The notes below the pieces were generated by a model. It searched no databases. It worked only from the letters and a program-made list of their open reading frames with translations, and was not told the origin of the DNA. Made by a program: the position numbers and the translations under genes. Below are positions 1-14,400 of a DNA stretch of 64,000 nucleotides, in pieces. The DNA is from Octopus vulgaris (taxonomy: Eukaryota): the NCBI GenBank assembly GCA_951406725.2, contig OX597822.1, positions 34,596,001 through 34,660,000 on the forward strand, given 5' to 3'. Positions within the stretch are counted from its first letter, which is position 1, and every line of letters starts with the position of its first letter.

Positions 1-2148
1 GTGAATTCTCCCTATATATACATACATACATACATACAGTGTGTATGAGACAGCAACTTGTATTCTTAATATACGTGTGTATGTGAGTGCTTATGTATAC
101 GCAAGCAAGATTCTAAATCGATCTTGGATACATAAAAAATTATAGAAACATCTTTAAAATTCCACTGTTTATAACTTTCAATAAATGTGTTTCTATTTAT
201 GTTTATTCTGATCCCCATATTTGTTTACTTTGTTCACTATATTTCCTCAAAGACAAATATTTACTTTCCAAAGCACTCATTCACTGTAATCACTTACTCC
301 TTCTCTTCCATCCTACATTCTTTACATTTGCATTCACTTCTCTTTCACTTCCGCTGGCTGTTATAACAATAGTAAACGAAATTCCGAAGAAGTGAAGAAA
401 ATGTTGTCCAAATACAACAGAAAATAAAAAAGATTCATATTTAACTATTTGATAACTTTCAAATTTTCATTAAAATGGTTAAATTTCGCTTCACTATTTA
501 CGCATCCTTTCATATGAAATATGCTTCAATTCTCATTTGAATGTTTAAATGTAAGTATAGCATATCAAACTATGTAGTTAAGACAGACACGCGCAACGCG
601 CATGATTTCTAACGTATTGGGTTGTATATCAGATGTTTGACTTGCGCAGAATATCGTCATACACTTTTTTTATATAAATATTATGTATGTGTGTGCATGT
701 GTGTGTTCGTTCGCGCGTGTGTTTGTACATAAATATGTGAGTGTGTTTATATGTATGTGTGTGTATGCATATCAGATGATAAATATGATAACAACTATCT
801 ATGCGAAAGTGAACTATATAGAAGAAACAAGAATAATTGAGTATCCTGAGATGAGAGAAGGTGAGAGGGCAGTTAATAATTGAAGCACTTGAGGCATAGA
901 AAAAATATAATCTTATATTTATGCACAAAATTTGAAGAAAAACTAAAGGAAGATGTCACATCATGCGTATACGTAAAATTAAGTCGAAGAAAATAAATAA
1001 TTGGCACTTAATACGGATACGTAACATTCTATAGGACAAAATTCCGTTCCAAGTTTCTTTTCTAATTAGAAAAAAAAAAAGGCCAGTGGCATTTTATCGA
1101 AAATTTTCACTTTTTACATGGAATGCTTTGGAACAGCACTTAGCAAGGAGGCTTTATCATGAAAATGGGAACGTGGAAGGAGAAATTCAAATATTCAAAG
1201 GATATTTAAAGCACTTCAATGAACTTTCTAAAACTTTCAAACACGTTTCTAGAGAGATGGCATTAATACTGTAATAACATTTTCAGACTGTGACAGGAAG
1301 AACGTTTCTTAAAATACACTTAATGACCATTTCCAAAATGTAAGAAGTTAGCGGCCTTTATATGACTAGTTACAGACAGGAAAGGTTAAATAATCTGATA
1401 ACCTAGATCATTAATTAATCACTGACCACAACACCTTAACATTTGTGGTACCTTAATTTTCTTGTTGCCAGGCTTACTAAGATAGAGAAATAGTATTTCG
1501 TTATTGCACGTATCAAAAACATTACCTATGCAGTGCGTATCTGTCCTTAAATGTACGTGTTAGTAAAATCTCAATAAATCTCTTCTCAGTTGTGTGCCAA
1601 CTTTGCTTCAGTACACTTCCCTAGCTCTGCTCCTTCCTGGGAATTTCGACATCAAGTGGGTAGTTTGTAATTTTGGCGAACTTATACTGAACTTGAGTAA
1701 ATAACGCAAGACTCTTGCTACATTTTATTTCTTTTCTTTTTCCGGCTTTTTACATTCTACTATCGAATATGAGGTAGCATTCAGATGTGACTCACTTTAA
1801 GACATCCGATCTTTGGGTGCTTTAGCTGAGTCTAATCTGTAACAAGCATTCAACAGGATACTAAACTGATGACTTCTTAAATCCCGCCTCAAGCTAGTCT
1901 TACTGGTTCTGTAAATGTCCATAGAAGCTAATTTTCTTTCTAACTAAATCATTAAAGCATGCTTTTAAGAGAATTGTGTTAAGATGGAAATGTATTTGGA
2001 CAAAGCAAAGCTTATTGTGTATTATAATTTCCCTTTTGGCTTCCTATAAATGTGATACCTAGCTGTGTTCAAGTATCCTATACTATCTAAGAAAAAGAAA
2101 CTGAACTACATAAATATCGATAGCAACTGTAATTTCAAAATTAACATA

Positions 2149-2311
2149 GGCGAAGGAGTGGCTGTGTGGTAAGTAGCTTGCTTACCAACCATATGGCTCT
2201 GGGTTTAGTCCCACTGCATGGAACCTTGGGCAAGTGTCTGCTACTATAGCCACGGGCCGACCAAAGCCTTGTGAGTGGATTTGGTAGACGGAAACTGAAA
2301 GAAGCCCGTCG

Positions 2312-2359
<48 letters not shown>

Positions 2360-2573
2360 TGTATGTGTGTCTATATGTTTGTGTGTGTCTATGTTTGTCC
2401 CCCAACATCGCTTGACAACCGATGCTTGTGTGTTTACGCCCCCGTAAGCTAGCGGTTCGGCAAAAGAGACCAATAGAATAAGTACTAGGCTTACAAAGAA
2501 TAAGCCCTGGGGTCGATTTCTTCGACTAAAGGCGGTGCTCCAGCATGGCCACAGTCAAAAGAGTAAAAGAGTA
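2149..2573 (+). mobile_element. tRNA-derived SINE family A, full-length bipartite copy (head + internal TA/CA microsatellite + tail ending in AAAAGAGT repeats)
   Basis: Head GGCGAAGGAGTGGCTGTGTGGTAAG with A-box-like and B-box-like (GGGTTTAGTCCC) motifs, then CORE-like CCTTGGGCAAG. Near-identical copies recur at ~6074, 18945, 21315, 28822, 38055, 40813 and 62622. Confidence 0.85.
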
Positions 2574-3944
2574 TTAAAAGAACGTTTCCACAAAAAAAAA
2601 AAAAACTGTTGATTGTTTATAGAGTGGGACATCAAGAGGTCGTCAGCTCTATAAAGTCTACAACCAGCGAGATGAACCTCTTTCGAAGTGAAATAATGCA
2701 ATTAACTCTAATAGCTGTATTCAAAACTATATACCAGATAATAGCTTCATCAACTCACTCTTTCCGTCATTACGTTTATGTCTAAAACTCTTTTAAAATA
2801 CAACAATAAACCTTTCTAGCATGCATAGAAAACTAAATTCTAAAAATCAATGTTGCAAAACTCTTTACGCACACTAAACATATATAGATAAATTGGATAA
2901 ATTACTGCTAAAATGGACAATTTATGAATATATTTATTGCCTATTTGCTTATCCCAATTAATTAGAGTTAGTGCTGAAGTAAAGTATCGTTCTTCTAATT
3001 TCAAACCTAACCACGTTTTATATTTACCAAATATATCCAGTTGTTTTGTTGCCTAAATATTAAGTTCTGTATGTATTTGAAATATAATTTTAAAGAAGCT
3101 AGACTGTTCTGAACATGTGAATCTCATAACGTTTGTCGTCTTCTCAAAATGTCTATATTGTTTTTGTACATTTTGAAGAGTACTTGTGTATGTTTTTTTT
3201 TTAATATTCTTGAAAGGTAAACATATCAGGACGAGATTTTATATTAGTAATCATCTTCGAAATGTTATTTCTCAAAATTGCCCGAAAGTATATTACACAG
3301 ACGACTTCTTGTCCTAAAATCATATTTTCACTCACAAAAAAAAAAAAAAAAATACTATATTTATTATTGAAGAAATATATTTCCCTTGCATTTGTATATC
3401 GAGGAGTTCATTTCCTTTTCGATTAAACAATTTGAATAGCTATTGCTTGGATAAATCGAAATATTCTAAATATTTTAAATACAAGGTTTTGTATTAATAC
3501 AATTTTCGTATCTCTAAATACGCAATCGTGAAAAAAGAGTTATTGATATATAACGTAAATTGCAGAATACTAATGATTGATCATTCGTTAAACTTTCGAT
3601 GCGAATATATATTATTACAAAGTACGAATTTATTAGGGTTATAAAGTTGTTGTGATCATGTTTTGTAAATACTAAGACTTCAGAGTCTACGATACAAAAT
3701 TTAAACTATTAGTAAATATTAGGTTTCACATGACATCGAATTGTAAATAACTACAGTACTGAAAAATTCCCTCCTCTCAAAATTGCTGCCTTTGTGCTTA
3801 AATAAGTATTTATTTTTATGAGGAAATTTCCACATTAGAGTCAGTCGTAACAAAATGCGGCATTTTATATTGTATTAGGCGAGCAACCATCTGACAAGTT
3901 CAGCGCACATAAAGTTTTGGGCAATGAATATATATATATAAGTA

Positions 3945-4350
3945 TCAAATTTTGGCACCAGCCAGCACATTCGTGGTTTGGGGTACGTCGATTATATCGT
4001 CCCATTTTATCGACCTCGAAAGGATGAAAGATGAAGTTTACCTCGGCAGCATTTGAACTCAGAAGGTAACGACGGACAAAATGCTTAACAGCATTTTGCC
4101 CGGACTACTTATGATTCTCCAGCTCACCGTCTTCTAATAAGGGATATGAATATTTTCGCACAAGGCCAGCAATTAAAGGGAAGCAGGTGAGGTAGTTACA
4201 TCAACCCAAGGGATCAACTGGTACTTAGTATATCAACCTCAAAAGGATGAAAGGCAAAGTAATTCTCGGCGGAATTTAATTTCAGGAAGAATGTAAAGGC
4301 GGGCGAAATGCCGCTGAGCCTTTTTTTCTCGGCTAACGATTCTGTCACCT
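3945..4350 (-). mobile_element. Two decayed tandem copies of SINE family B
   Basis: Reverse complement of the GAGTTCAAATTCCGCCGAGGTCGACTTTGCCTTTCATCCTTTCGGGGTCGATAAA motif, best seen at 17290-17350. Confidence 0.7.
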
Positions 4351-6073
4351 TCCCACATTATAGTAATGAATACAAATATTAGTAACATTTTTTAGTCAGA
4401 TCCGATAAGGGTGGTCATATGTGTTGTCCACATTCGCTCAAGACTTCCTTTATCCAAACATTCTCATTTTATATCGGCATTACTGTGTGCTACTTATCAA
4501 TGATCTAGGGAATATAATTAATAGTTTTTGATAGCTATGGAAACGATTCATACTAGGGTAGTTGAGACATGAACCAGAAACCCTAACATAGTCGTTGTTT
4601 CATTTGTGTAGCAAGTGAACAATTTGCTGTGTTCGTTTAAATTTACATCATTTCATTGCTGTTATATGACTCCGCTATTTTGAAGACTAATCGCCATTGA
4701 TGTTATTCAACCGTACAGCGGTAATAAACATAATTAATAACCTTTCCTTTTAAGTTTACATATATTATACTGCAACAATGTGATGTTAGGAAAGAAACTA
4801 AATGCAAAACTATTTTTCAAAGTATAATACGTCTCATAATTCTGCATTAATAAAAGGCGATTGATCATCACCATGAAAATGTTAGATAGTTTTTTTCTTT
4901 TAGTGCTTTAATGGCATATCGCTTATGAATTGTAGCTTTTTAAACTATAAACATAGCAGTGACAAAATAGCTACCGAATATAATAGATCAAACATATTTA
5001 CCAAAACATGTCAGTGTCTAACAAATTCATGCATTAAAATTCCACCTCCATCACCATTACAAATTATGAAATAAGCTTTTCTGTCTAAAAGGATTCTGGA
5101 AAGGTTGAAATGAAGAGTAATTGGAATAATCACTTTCAAATGTTGCTGAGTCATGCTGAATTCCATAATGAATAATAAAATAGTATCAGCCGCGATAATA
5201 AATGAATATGAATAGAATATACTGTGGGAAGATAGTATCAATCATTGAAACTTTCATTTATAATTTTAGTATTGGAAAATATGGAAAGGAATGTAAATTA
5301 CTTTGTACATTGTAGACTTATCGTCTGATAGTGCGGAGATCATACTCGGCGTAGTCCTGACTATAACGAAAGAAACTTAATTTTCATTACGTTCACTTCT
5401 GCTGAAATAATTCTTTCTAAGTTTATCAGAAGTTCAGCAATTTTAAAGAGAGAAGGTAAGTCGATTACATTGCTCCCTATACTTGGTTAAAATATTTTTT
5501 GTTGTCGGCGGAAAGATGAGAAGTGTGGTTACCCTGGGTAGAATTTAACTAGCCCCACCAGAACCACCGCCACCACTAGCACCACCAACAACACAAACAC
5601 CACTAGCACGTAAAGAACTTGAGAAGATGCCGCTAAATGTTTTGTTCGACGCGCTAAGAATTCTGGCGCCTTCACCTAGAAAGATGTGACTTAATGCTCA
5701 TACTTAAATACAGCAAAACGATTAATTATATACTAAGTCTTGTTCATTTACATTGAAAGTTCATTCATGACTGGATAGAATTTCATCTGTCAACACTTTA
5801 GCTTTGACAACATAGGTTTTTCTGTTCAGAACTCATTAAGACAGTGTGTCATGGGACTCGCGCACACTATGCGCGATCAGAATGGTAATACTTAGTGGAC
5901 TATTAGTCTAAAACTGAAGATTTGTTACTCAAATGCAAGTAAGTGCCGATTGTACAGGTGTTTTGTTACTGGTGCCTGTGGGCGATTATTTTAGCTGGTA
6001 GGTTGAATATCAGTCATCGTACACAACAGGTAGTAAAACCAAAAGCCAAAACCAATACGATGTTGAACTGAAA

Positions 6074-6330
6074 GGCGTAGGAGTGGCTGTGTGGTAAGTA
6101 GCTAGCTTACGAACCACATGGTTCCGGGTTCAGTCCCACTGCGTGGCACCTTGGGAAAGTGTCTTCTACTATAGCCTCGGGCCGACCAAAGCTTTGTGAG
6201 TGGATTTGGTAGACGGAAATTGAAAGAAGCCCGTCGTATATATGTGCATATATATATATACATTCGTGTGTGTGTGTGTGTGTATGTGTTTTTGTGTCTG
6301 TGTTTGTCCATCAACATCGCTTGATAAACA
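6074..6330 (+). mobile_element. SINE family A, 3'-truncated copy
   Basis: Highly similar to 2149-2420. Confidence 0.85.
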
Positions 6331-6783
6331 AGGCATAAGCAATTATTCCGAGTGGTCTTAGACTATCATATTATATGCTGGCAAAAATTAATTCTTGATC
6401 CAATCCCTGCGCTGATTCTCATAATTTAAATTACTACATATTTTTAACGAGCTAAATACTCTTAAGCTGCCATTATTATTTAGAGATTATGTTCTTAAAA
6501 TATTCATGTAAAATGAAAGTTAAAAAAAGATTTCGAAAATTCATAAAATTTATAGTGAAGGAAAAAGAAGAAGGATCATATAATTTGAAACGTCCTACGA
6601 AGAGATAAAAATAATCAATACAATGATAATATAACCAGCTGCTATCGTGACAGCATTTGGTTTCCGTAAAAATGATAATATTCTTAGCAATAGCTAAAGT
6701 AGGTGAGTCCTAGAAATGAATTACATCAGTGTATTTAACATATGAAGAAGGAATATCAACTGTACAGAGATAAACCCGTATAT

Positions 6784-6831
<48 letters not shown>

Positions 6832-7349
6832 CTTTTCGTGCGTGGAATTTCTTAATTTCGTTTACGCATAGCGATATTATTACATAGTTTTAGAACACAA
6901 TACACATGCTGCAGAGTTAGTACTGTGCGTAAAGAATGATTAATAAAGGAGTTAATTAATCACTTTCCTAAGCAGCAAGCATACCTACTTATGCACCCGC
7001 GCGCGTGTTTATATGAATATGTTTCCACCTCACTATATTAAAATTAATTGTTATAGCTATTCACATGTCTAGCTTGTGAGTATGTGTGTGTGTGTGTGTG
7101 TGTGTTTATAAGCATATGTCCCCACACCATATATATTAAAATTATATATTAAAATTATATAAAATTATATATTAAAATTAATTGTTATAAATGTTAACAT
7201 GTCTAGTTTTGGAGATAAGAAGTTCAGTTTACATGCTCAGGAACATTGGAAAAGTGTCTTTTATCAAAACTAGGGTTTACTAATGAACAAGAAGAATTTA
7301 TAAATGCACACACACACGCGCGCACACATACACACACATAAATACTTGG

Positions 7350-7578
<229 letters not shown>

Positions 7579-7789
7579 ACTCTACTGTCGGTTTCGACGT
7601 ATGAGGCTCCGGCATCGTACTGTTACTTGTCAGTGAATGTTACTGTCGAATGTGTCATTTAAGACCCGCCAGGGATTTGCCAAGAAGGCCAGAAATGTTG
7701 CAAGTTTGAGAATTGCAGGTCAGTGTAGGTGGTATATTTGCAGCCGCTTTTCTCCTTTACCTTGTACTCCGTAGCCAGTTAATGCTGGT

Positions 7790-8470
7790 TACGAAGTGAG
7801 GTCAAAAAGTATACACTTTGGTCAAGTAATATTAAAAACCTCACCATTTTGATCTAGTATTCGCCTTGGGAGTCTACGCACTTCGGCCATCGTTTCTGCC
7901 ACTGCCAGAAACATTTCTGGAAATCACGTTTTAGGATGCTGTAGAGATGTGCTGTCGAATTTTGCTTAATATCCTCTGTTAACTCAACTCTTCTCTCTTT
8001 GAATGTTTTTTTCTTTTTTGCTTAGCTTTGGGAATAGCCAAAAGTGACACGGAGCCAAGTCTAGAGAGTAGGAAGCCTGACTAACAAGTGGTGTGTTTTG
8101 CTTGACGAAGAATACTTGGACGACGTGGATGGAATGAGCGGGTTCGTGTCATGGTGGAGTTGCTATTCACAGTTCGAATCGTTTTCGCCAAACAGCTTCA
8201 CAAAGACTATCTCGTACCTTTGCCATCATTTCGTCGTTTCTGCTAGCTGATGGTCTGCTACAACGTGGCTCACTGTCCAGGAGGTGTGGCCATTTCCTAA
8301 CCGGTTGTATCACTCCTTTATTTTTCCCCATAGTATCAGCTCTAGAGGGCTCCCGAATCTTCTCGGTAGTCTGGCCTTGCGTATCATCAGGTTTTTGGCA
8401 GAAACTCATTCAGTATCATTTGGTCATTTTGACTCAAGAACAAAAATCGCACAGCACATTCTTCACGTTC
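7790..8470 (-). mobile_element. Decayed, internally deleted mariner transposase remnant
   Basis: Minus-strand translation gives SYSLDLAPCHFWLFPKL (mariner YSPDLAP-x-D motif), FQKCFWQWQKRWPKCVDSQGEY (mariner C-terminus), LHHD, and N-terminal FCQK...DSEPRCSRPSASRND. A TIR-like TA-CGAAGTGAGGTCAAAAAGT lies at 7790. Confidence 0.85.
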
Positions 8471-8921
8471 ATGAGTACATGTCTACACACAGACATGTAA
8501 GTATGTATCTACGTATATAGCTTATGTGAGTATGAGTGTTTTTGTCTGTCTCTGCTTTCATTTCCTGTTTTTTTTATAAAATGCATCTAACATATCGATA
8601 AAATATGTGCAGACATCAAAACATAAAGACTCAATAAGAACGACTAAAAGTAATACGTGGAATGTATGTGCAAGTATGGTTATAATGTTACGAAAGAAAA
8701 TAAATGACGCTCTCTCTCTATACTAAAAGAAATTCTACACTAAAGGTCAAATCAAGTGCCTTCTTTATTCCGTTTGATCGTCACAAACATTTTCATGTCA
8801 GGCGATAAGGATGTTGAAAGGAAAAGAAGTACTGTGAAGAGAGATGTACTGATATAATAGATAAAAAGAAATTTCAATGGAGTGGTGGAAAACGCACATA
8901 TACATGTATATATATATATAA

Positions 8922-9016
<95 letters not shown>

Positions 9017-9373
9017 TTTGGGAAAGAAAGGGGAGAGAGGAAAAACAGGCAGTCAAGTGTGCAGGCAGGGAAATATAGGAGAGGATTAATAAAGAGTGAA
9101 GGAAGACGAGAGAAATTAATAAAATTAAATAAATGAGCTGGAAATATGAAAGAGGTATGATGATATATGTGTGTATGAGTGTATGTGTCTGTGTCTGATT
9201 ATGCGAGTGAATGATAGCGTGCCTATACGCATATACATGCTCTATGCATACGTGCATGTATATATGTGGTGTGCATATATGTATGTGCGTATATGTATAT
9301 ATATATATATTGATAAAAATGGTAAGACAACAAAAGAATGAAAGAGACCTCGATATTATGTAAATAGAGGGAT

Positions 9374-9452
9374 TTATCTGTAAATGTAATATGTGTCAAT
9401 TTATTCAGAGTTTTTTCATGGCTACCGAATAATTGTCACATGTTATATTTAC

Positions 9453-9456
<4 letters not shown>
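9374..9456. repeat. Imperfect inverted repeat (~32-bp arms)
   Basis: TATCTGTAAATGTAATATGTGTCAATTTATTC ... GAATAATTGTCACATGTTATATTTACAGATA. Confidence 0.75.
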
Positions 9457-9486
<30 letters not shown>

Positions 9487-9491
<5 letters not shown>

Positions 9492-9695
9492 ATCCAAACA
9501 TGAAAACGCAAAGAGAACACACACCACGAGGACGTGGAACAAGTATAGTATTATTGGACGCTCAGGAAAGACGGAAAGAAGGGGGTTTTAACGTTTCGAG
9601 CGGAGCTCTTCGTCAGAAACATAGGAAAAGGAAAGATCCAAAGAAGGGAAGACGAAGGAAAAAAATCGCCAACGATACAGATGTGGTCACATTTT
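9487..9695 (-). mobile_element. Short Penelope-like terminal-repeat fragment carrying a minimal hammerhead, flanked by (TA)n
   Basis: Homologous to 23540-23727 in the opposite orientation; contains a hammerhead core. Confidence 0.65.
9585..9620 (-). ncRNA. Minimal type I hammerhead ribozyme motif
   Basis: Minus strand GTTT-CTGACGA-A-GAGC-TCC-GCTC-GAAACGTTA-AAAC: CUGANGA and GAAA core boxes, 4-bp stem II, palindromic AACGTT stem III, GTTT/AAAC stem I. Confidence 0.65.
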
Positions 9696-9726
9696 GAATA
9701 TATATATATATATATGTACACACATA

Positions 9727-10094
9727 TAGAGTGATTCAAAAGTCGCCATACATAGGAACAATTTATCGTTTTATAAGAAACAGTTTATAAGAACAGTTTC
9801 TGTTTTCAGTTAACATGCTCTATATGCTTATCATTGTTTTGAATACACATTGCAATACGTTTACCCTACTCATTGTGAATTTGTAATAGCTCATCTGGTG
9901 ATACGTGTGCAAATCAGTTGGTGATGCATTCCTTCAAATGCTTTATATCTATTATCTTTCCGCGATACACCGTGCCTTTGAAATACCCCCAAAGACAAAA
10001 ATCAAAAGGGGTCACAGGATCTACGGGATCTTATAAACTTTTTCTTATAACAAAATAAATTTTTCCTATGTATGGAAACTTTTGTCTCACCCTG
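9727..10094 (-). mobile_element. Non-autonomous Tc1/mariner-superfamily derivative (~370 bp) with TIRs and TA TSD
   Basis: Left TAGAGTGATTCAAAAGTCGCCATACATAGGAACAATTTA matches the reverse complement of the right end CAGGGTGAGACAAAAGTTTCCATACATAGGAAAAATTTA, with TA on both sides. Internal minus-strand VTPFDFCLWGYFKGTVY resembles the DLTPLDFFLWGYLK transposase motif. Confidence 0.85.
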
Positions 10095-12990
10095 TATATA
10101 CCAGGAAAAAAATTCGCACGTGCACTTTTATACGTACACATACAAGCGTACACGTGCTGCTTACTTTTTTCCTTACAGTCACATGGATTCCTGTCTCTCT
10201 TTTAGAGTATTACCAAACTTGACTCTACTTTTCATTGTCATGTTTGATTTATGAGACAACGTGTGTTTATGAGTACACCTAGGTGGGAATATGCATGTGT
10301 GCATATATGTAGAAATTTTTGCGGTATTAGAAGTTGGATTATTGATGCAAGCTTGTGTGTATGTTCCGAAGAAAAATGCCTCGTCACTTAAGCCAAACAA
10401 ATTGCAGCGAACCACTGACTGGCATATTCGAAATTTTTCCGCAGCCACCCTATTGTTCGCCAAATCCATCCATCCATCCATTTTCTGATGCTGGTAGGGT
10501 CGTAGGGGGGGGCAGTGTTCTAAGACGCTTTCGCCATAGGGTCATAATAGGAGCAACATCATTATATTTCAAATTGGATTTCAAAGCGTGGTTATCTGAG
10601 ATTATAAATGTTATCCAACCATTTCGTTCCCTCTTTTTATAGGGAACGTGGGGCATTAGTAGATTCCCTATTTCAAAGGATACTGGTAAGCATTCAGCGA
10701 AATCCAAAACACTCGAAATTGCAAACACTAATTAGAATTATTGTTCGACGATCCGTCGCAGGTAATTTTTTCAGCGTCAGCAGCAATTGTATAATTGACT
10801 AGTTCTACTAACGGAACATAAGCAATAAGCAATTCCTACTCTAGGAGAGATAAGGTGGTTGGTTAATGTGCTAATTCAATTCAGATTATTACAGAAGTTG
10901 AAATCCAAAAGAGGATTATGTCGATTTCGAGCTGTTGAAAATTAATTCCAAGGTGGATTTAGTTTTCGTATCAATGATGAATCTCGTTTCCTATTTCTAT
11001 CTATGAGTCAATCGACTGATTAGCAGTTATTTATGAAATGTACATGTTTCCCATCCAACCATGACCATCTCGCCTTTTTTTCACAAATAAAAGAAACACA
11101 GTTCTCTCAATCCAATTTAACAAAGTTCCGACCGTAATCACCAATTCTTTTTTAAAAACCTTCAACTGTTACTATTTTCCGTGTCAAACGGGCCAATTTC
11201 ATTTTCTCTTAAGCAGTGGATAGTGTAGTCTGGAGTACGTTATATTTTAAAAATGTAAGATAGGATAGTCGTGGGTGGAACGGCTTTTATCATCGGTTTA
11301 CTGGATCAGTCCATATGTGATCATGGAAAAGATCCGATGAAAATATGTCATTCTAAATGTAATAAATATTGAAATAGTATCGAACCATTGTCTAAGATAT
11401 TTCAGTCATGATCAACGCCTCTTTTAGTTATAATATAAACAGTAAAATTATAAGTTTTACATCTATAACTATCATCTTCGGAGAATAAAATAAGTTTTAT
11501 ATAACTACATCTGCACAATATTTCAAAGTGTTTGACCTCCGATCATGATCAGGTGTATTTCTTTCGATGCATACAAGGTGTCATAAGGTTTCGAAATAAC
11601 AAACCAATGTATATAAAGTAACTGTAGTAAAACTAGTTGTGGTGTAGTTTATACAAGAATAAGACATCTATCGATACTTGGATAATAAACCATTCAGAAT
11701 TTCGTGCAGCAGATGGAAGTATTTTGAAATAGTGTTTTCTCAGTAAAGGTAAGATTAATAGTCCCTGAAAATAGCATGGTGTCAATAACTTGTTTCCAAA
11801 GTAAGCATAGAGCCATATATTTGATGTAAATTGAGGTTAAATAAACCCTTGTGCTTTGGTGACATCTCAATATATCGACCCCGGAGGGGTGGAATATTTT
11901 AACTTGTACTTAGAACTCTAGAGTAATGAAACGAAATACCATATGATATCTTTTACGATGCTCCAGCGATCACAACAGCATGTGAGAGCACTGATAACTG
12001 AATTCAGACATGTAGGCATCTAACAGTATATATATACCGAGGTTTATATTACAACGTGTCCTTCTATTTTTAAGATGGCAGAGTAAAATTTGAGGGAGAT
12101 CGTTTTTGTTGGTAATTATAGCAGAATATGTGACCACGTAGAAACCATGTAATAGGCTTATTTTGTGACTGACATGTAATGAAGTACGAACAAACATAAA
12201 TTACTTTATATTTCTAGAGTCTTTTGGCTTAGAATGAAATTATTTTGGACATCTGATAAACTATAATACAGCTAAATCATTTAACCTTTACAGATGAACC
12301 AAGCGTTGTGCCGGCAGATGTATTTGTCTTGTCGTTATTGATAAACACGTCGTTATACACGGAGTTAAAGTCATAGAATAATTTCCATTATTTACAAATA
12401 TCCCTTAAGGAAGATGGAACTGACAATCTGTCAAAAGAATAGTAAAAAATAAGTAAAACATCTTAAGCAGACAATCCTACATTAAGATTTCTTTCAAATA
12501 TCGCCATCATTTCTTTTAGAGTTCTTACATTTTAAATAAACACTTTGAAGAAACATTTTTTAGAAGTAATTCATGTTTTTTTTTCTTTCATTGTAAGCAT
12601 CCAAAATATTCGGAGAGAAATTCGCCATTCAATTAATCTGTTTGTTTATGAGTAATTCGTGAGGCTTCTTAACGTAAAATGTTTCGGTAAACACTATTAT
12701 CCTTCCATTAATGGAGCAAGTAATAAACAAACGTACTATTTATAAAGTTCTAGATTTGCTAAAGTGTAAGAAAACTGGAGCAGTTATTGTTGTTGAAACA
12801 TAAGTCAACCGTAGTTGAAGCAGATCTAGAATCATAAATGCTCCAGCTGTGACAATCCCACAGTTTTTCGTAATTAAGAGTGATGTTTCTCGGTTGCTTT
12901 TTAAAGATAGATATTAGAATTTTATTTGTTGGATATGAGGTCCACCAATTGATCGCGAAGTAATGCTGATTCGACTCGAAGCAGAACAGT

Positions 12991-13372
12991 GGAAGCACTC
13001 CGTCGGTTACGACGACGAGGGTTCCAGTTGATCCGAATCAACGGAACAGCCTGCTCGTGAAATTAACGTGTAAGTGGCTGAGCACTCCACAGACAGGTGT
13101 ACCTTTAACGTAGTACTCGGGGATATTCAGCGTGACACAGAGAGTGACAAGGCCGGCCCTTTGAAATACAGGTACAACAGAAACAGGAAGTAAGAGTGTG
13201 AGAAAGAGTGGTGAAAGAGTACAGCAGGGACCGCCCCCCCCCCTGCTGGAGCTCGTGGAGCTTTTAGGTGTTTTCGCTCAATAAACACTCACAACGCCCG
13301 GTCTGGGAATCGAAACCGCGATCCTATGACCGCGAGTCCGCTGCCCTAACCACTGGGCCATTGCGCCTCCAC
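12991..13372 (-). mobile_element. Full-length tRNA-derived SINE family C (probably tRNA-Arg-like head) with 14-bp TSD
   Basis: Minus-strand head GGAGGCGCAATGGCCCAGTGGTTAGG...GGTTTCGATTCCC. Perfect TSD CGAAGCAGAACAGT at 12977-12990 and 13373-13386. Confidence 0.9.
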
Positions 13373-14299
13373 CGAAGCAGAACAGTACCACTATTGTGAA
13401 AAGAAATAACGAATCAGACTTCAACCATTTTTAAAGAACGCTGGGATTGAATCTTGAAGTAAAAACGTCAAAATCATGGAAGAAGTTGTTAGTACGACAT
13501 AGAAATATATCAGTCAAATTAGGTGATAGAGAAGGAATTAGGTTCCACATAATTTTTCTAAGTGATGGCTGCCAAGTGAACGGACATGATAGAGAAGGAA
13601 TGAGGTTTCACATATACAAAGTCAGCTGTAGAATACAGTGGGTGAGTTTTGTATGTACACATGTGTGTTAGAGTTTATGCCTGCATGTGTTTAGGGGGAG
13701 TAGGATCTGTACGTAGGGGTGAATATTCTTTTTGTAAGATATGTGTGCGTCTTTTCCTTTCATTAATATACAACACGTTGATCATCAATGCCAAAAGCTT
13801 GAACTTTTGGCACCGAGGATAGAAATATACTTTCATATAGATTATACGAGTCTGCGAGGAAATTGAAATACATCCGTCAAATTGTAGTCTATTACAAAGA
13901 AACTGAATCACTTTACTAATAAACTTTCACTGTTATAGACATGAAACTAATTTAACTTTATTATTAAGTAGAGACTTATATTACTGATTTATTATGTAAT
14001 TCCTCGTTACATTCAACACTAATCACACTGAAGCCATTTCTTTGGCACAGTTATGTAACAAAGGTTTTTGAAAATCGTTCCTTTTCAGGAGGTATGACTA
14101 TTGTACAAAGCTTTATCATTGCAGAGAAGGCCTTCCATATCGGATCGATAGAATGGAGAAAGCATTCAGGAGACAAATATCTTAAGCTGTAAATAGAAAA
14201 CCAAACCTCAAGAACAAAGTGATTGGATATCGTTTCGGTTATGATTGCAGAAAATATAGTTTGTTCTCTTTGATCCTTTGAGAGAGCGTGAAGAAATAA

Positions 14300-14400
14300 C
14301 GGATAAAAATTGAAAGTGAAAGATTAATTCGGTTGGGAAGTCAAATGGTGTTGCGAAAGCGTGATACGCTAACTCCAGAAGGTTAACGACGAACTAGGGA
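14300..14400 (+). pseudogene. Possible highly decayed GIY-YIG endonuclease C-terminus (Penelope-like)
   Basis: ERLIRL...RKRDTLTPEG followed by frameshifted NDEL resembles the PLE endonuclease ending L-x-TL-x-P-x-GLN; weak. Confidence 0.3.

Noticed and set aside
1500-1790. miRNA seed-like words (TATTGCAC, TGAGGTAG)
   Set aside because: Matches stop after 8 nt and no precursor hairpin is evident
10290-10800. Moderately GC-richer block with overlapping short ORFs and a possible donor (CAG|GTAATT)
   Set aside because: No recognisable protein motif, promoter or repeat; cannot be supported from sequence alone
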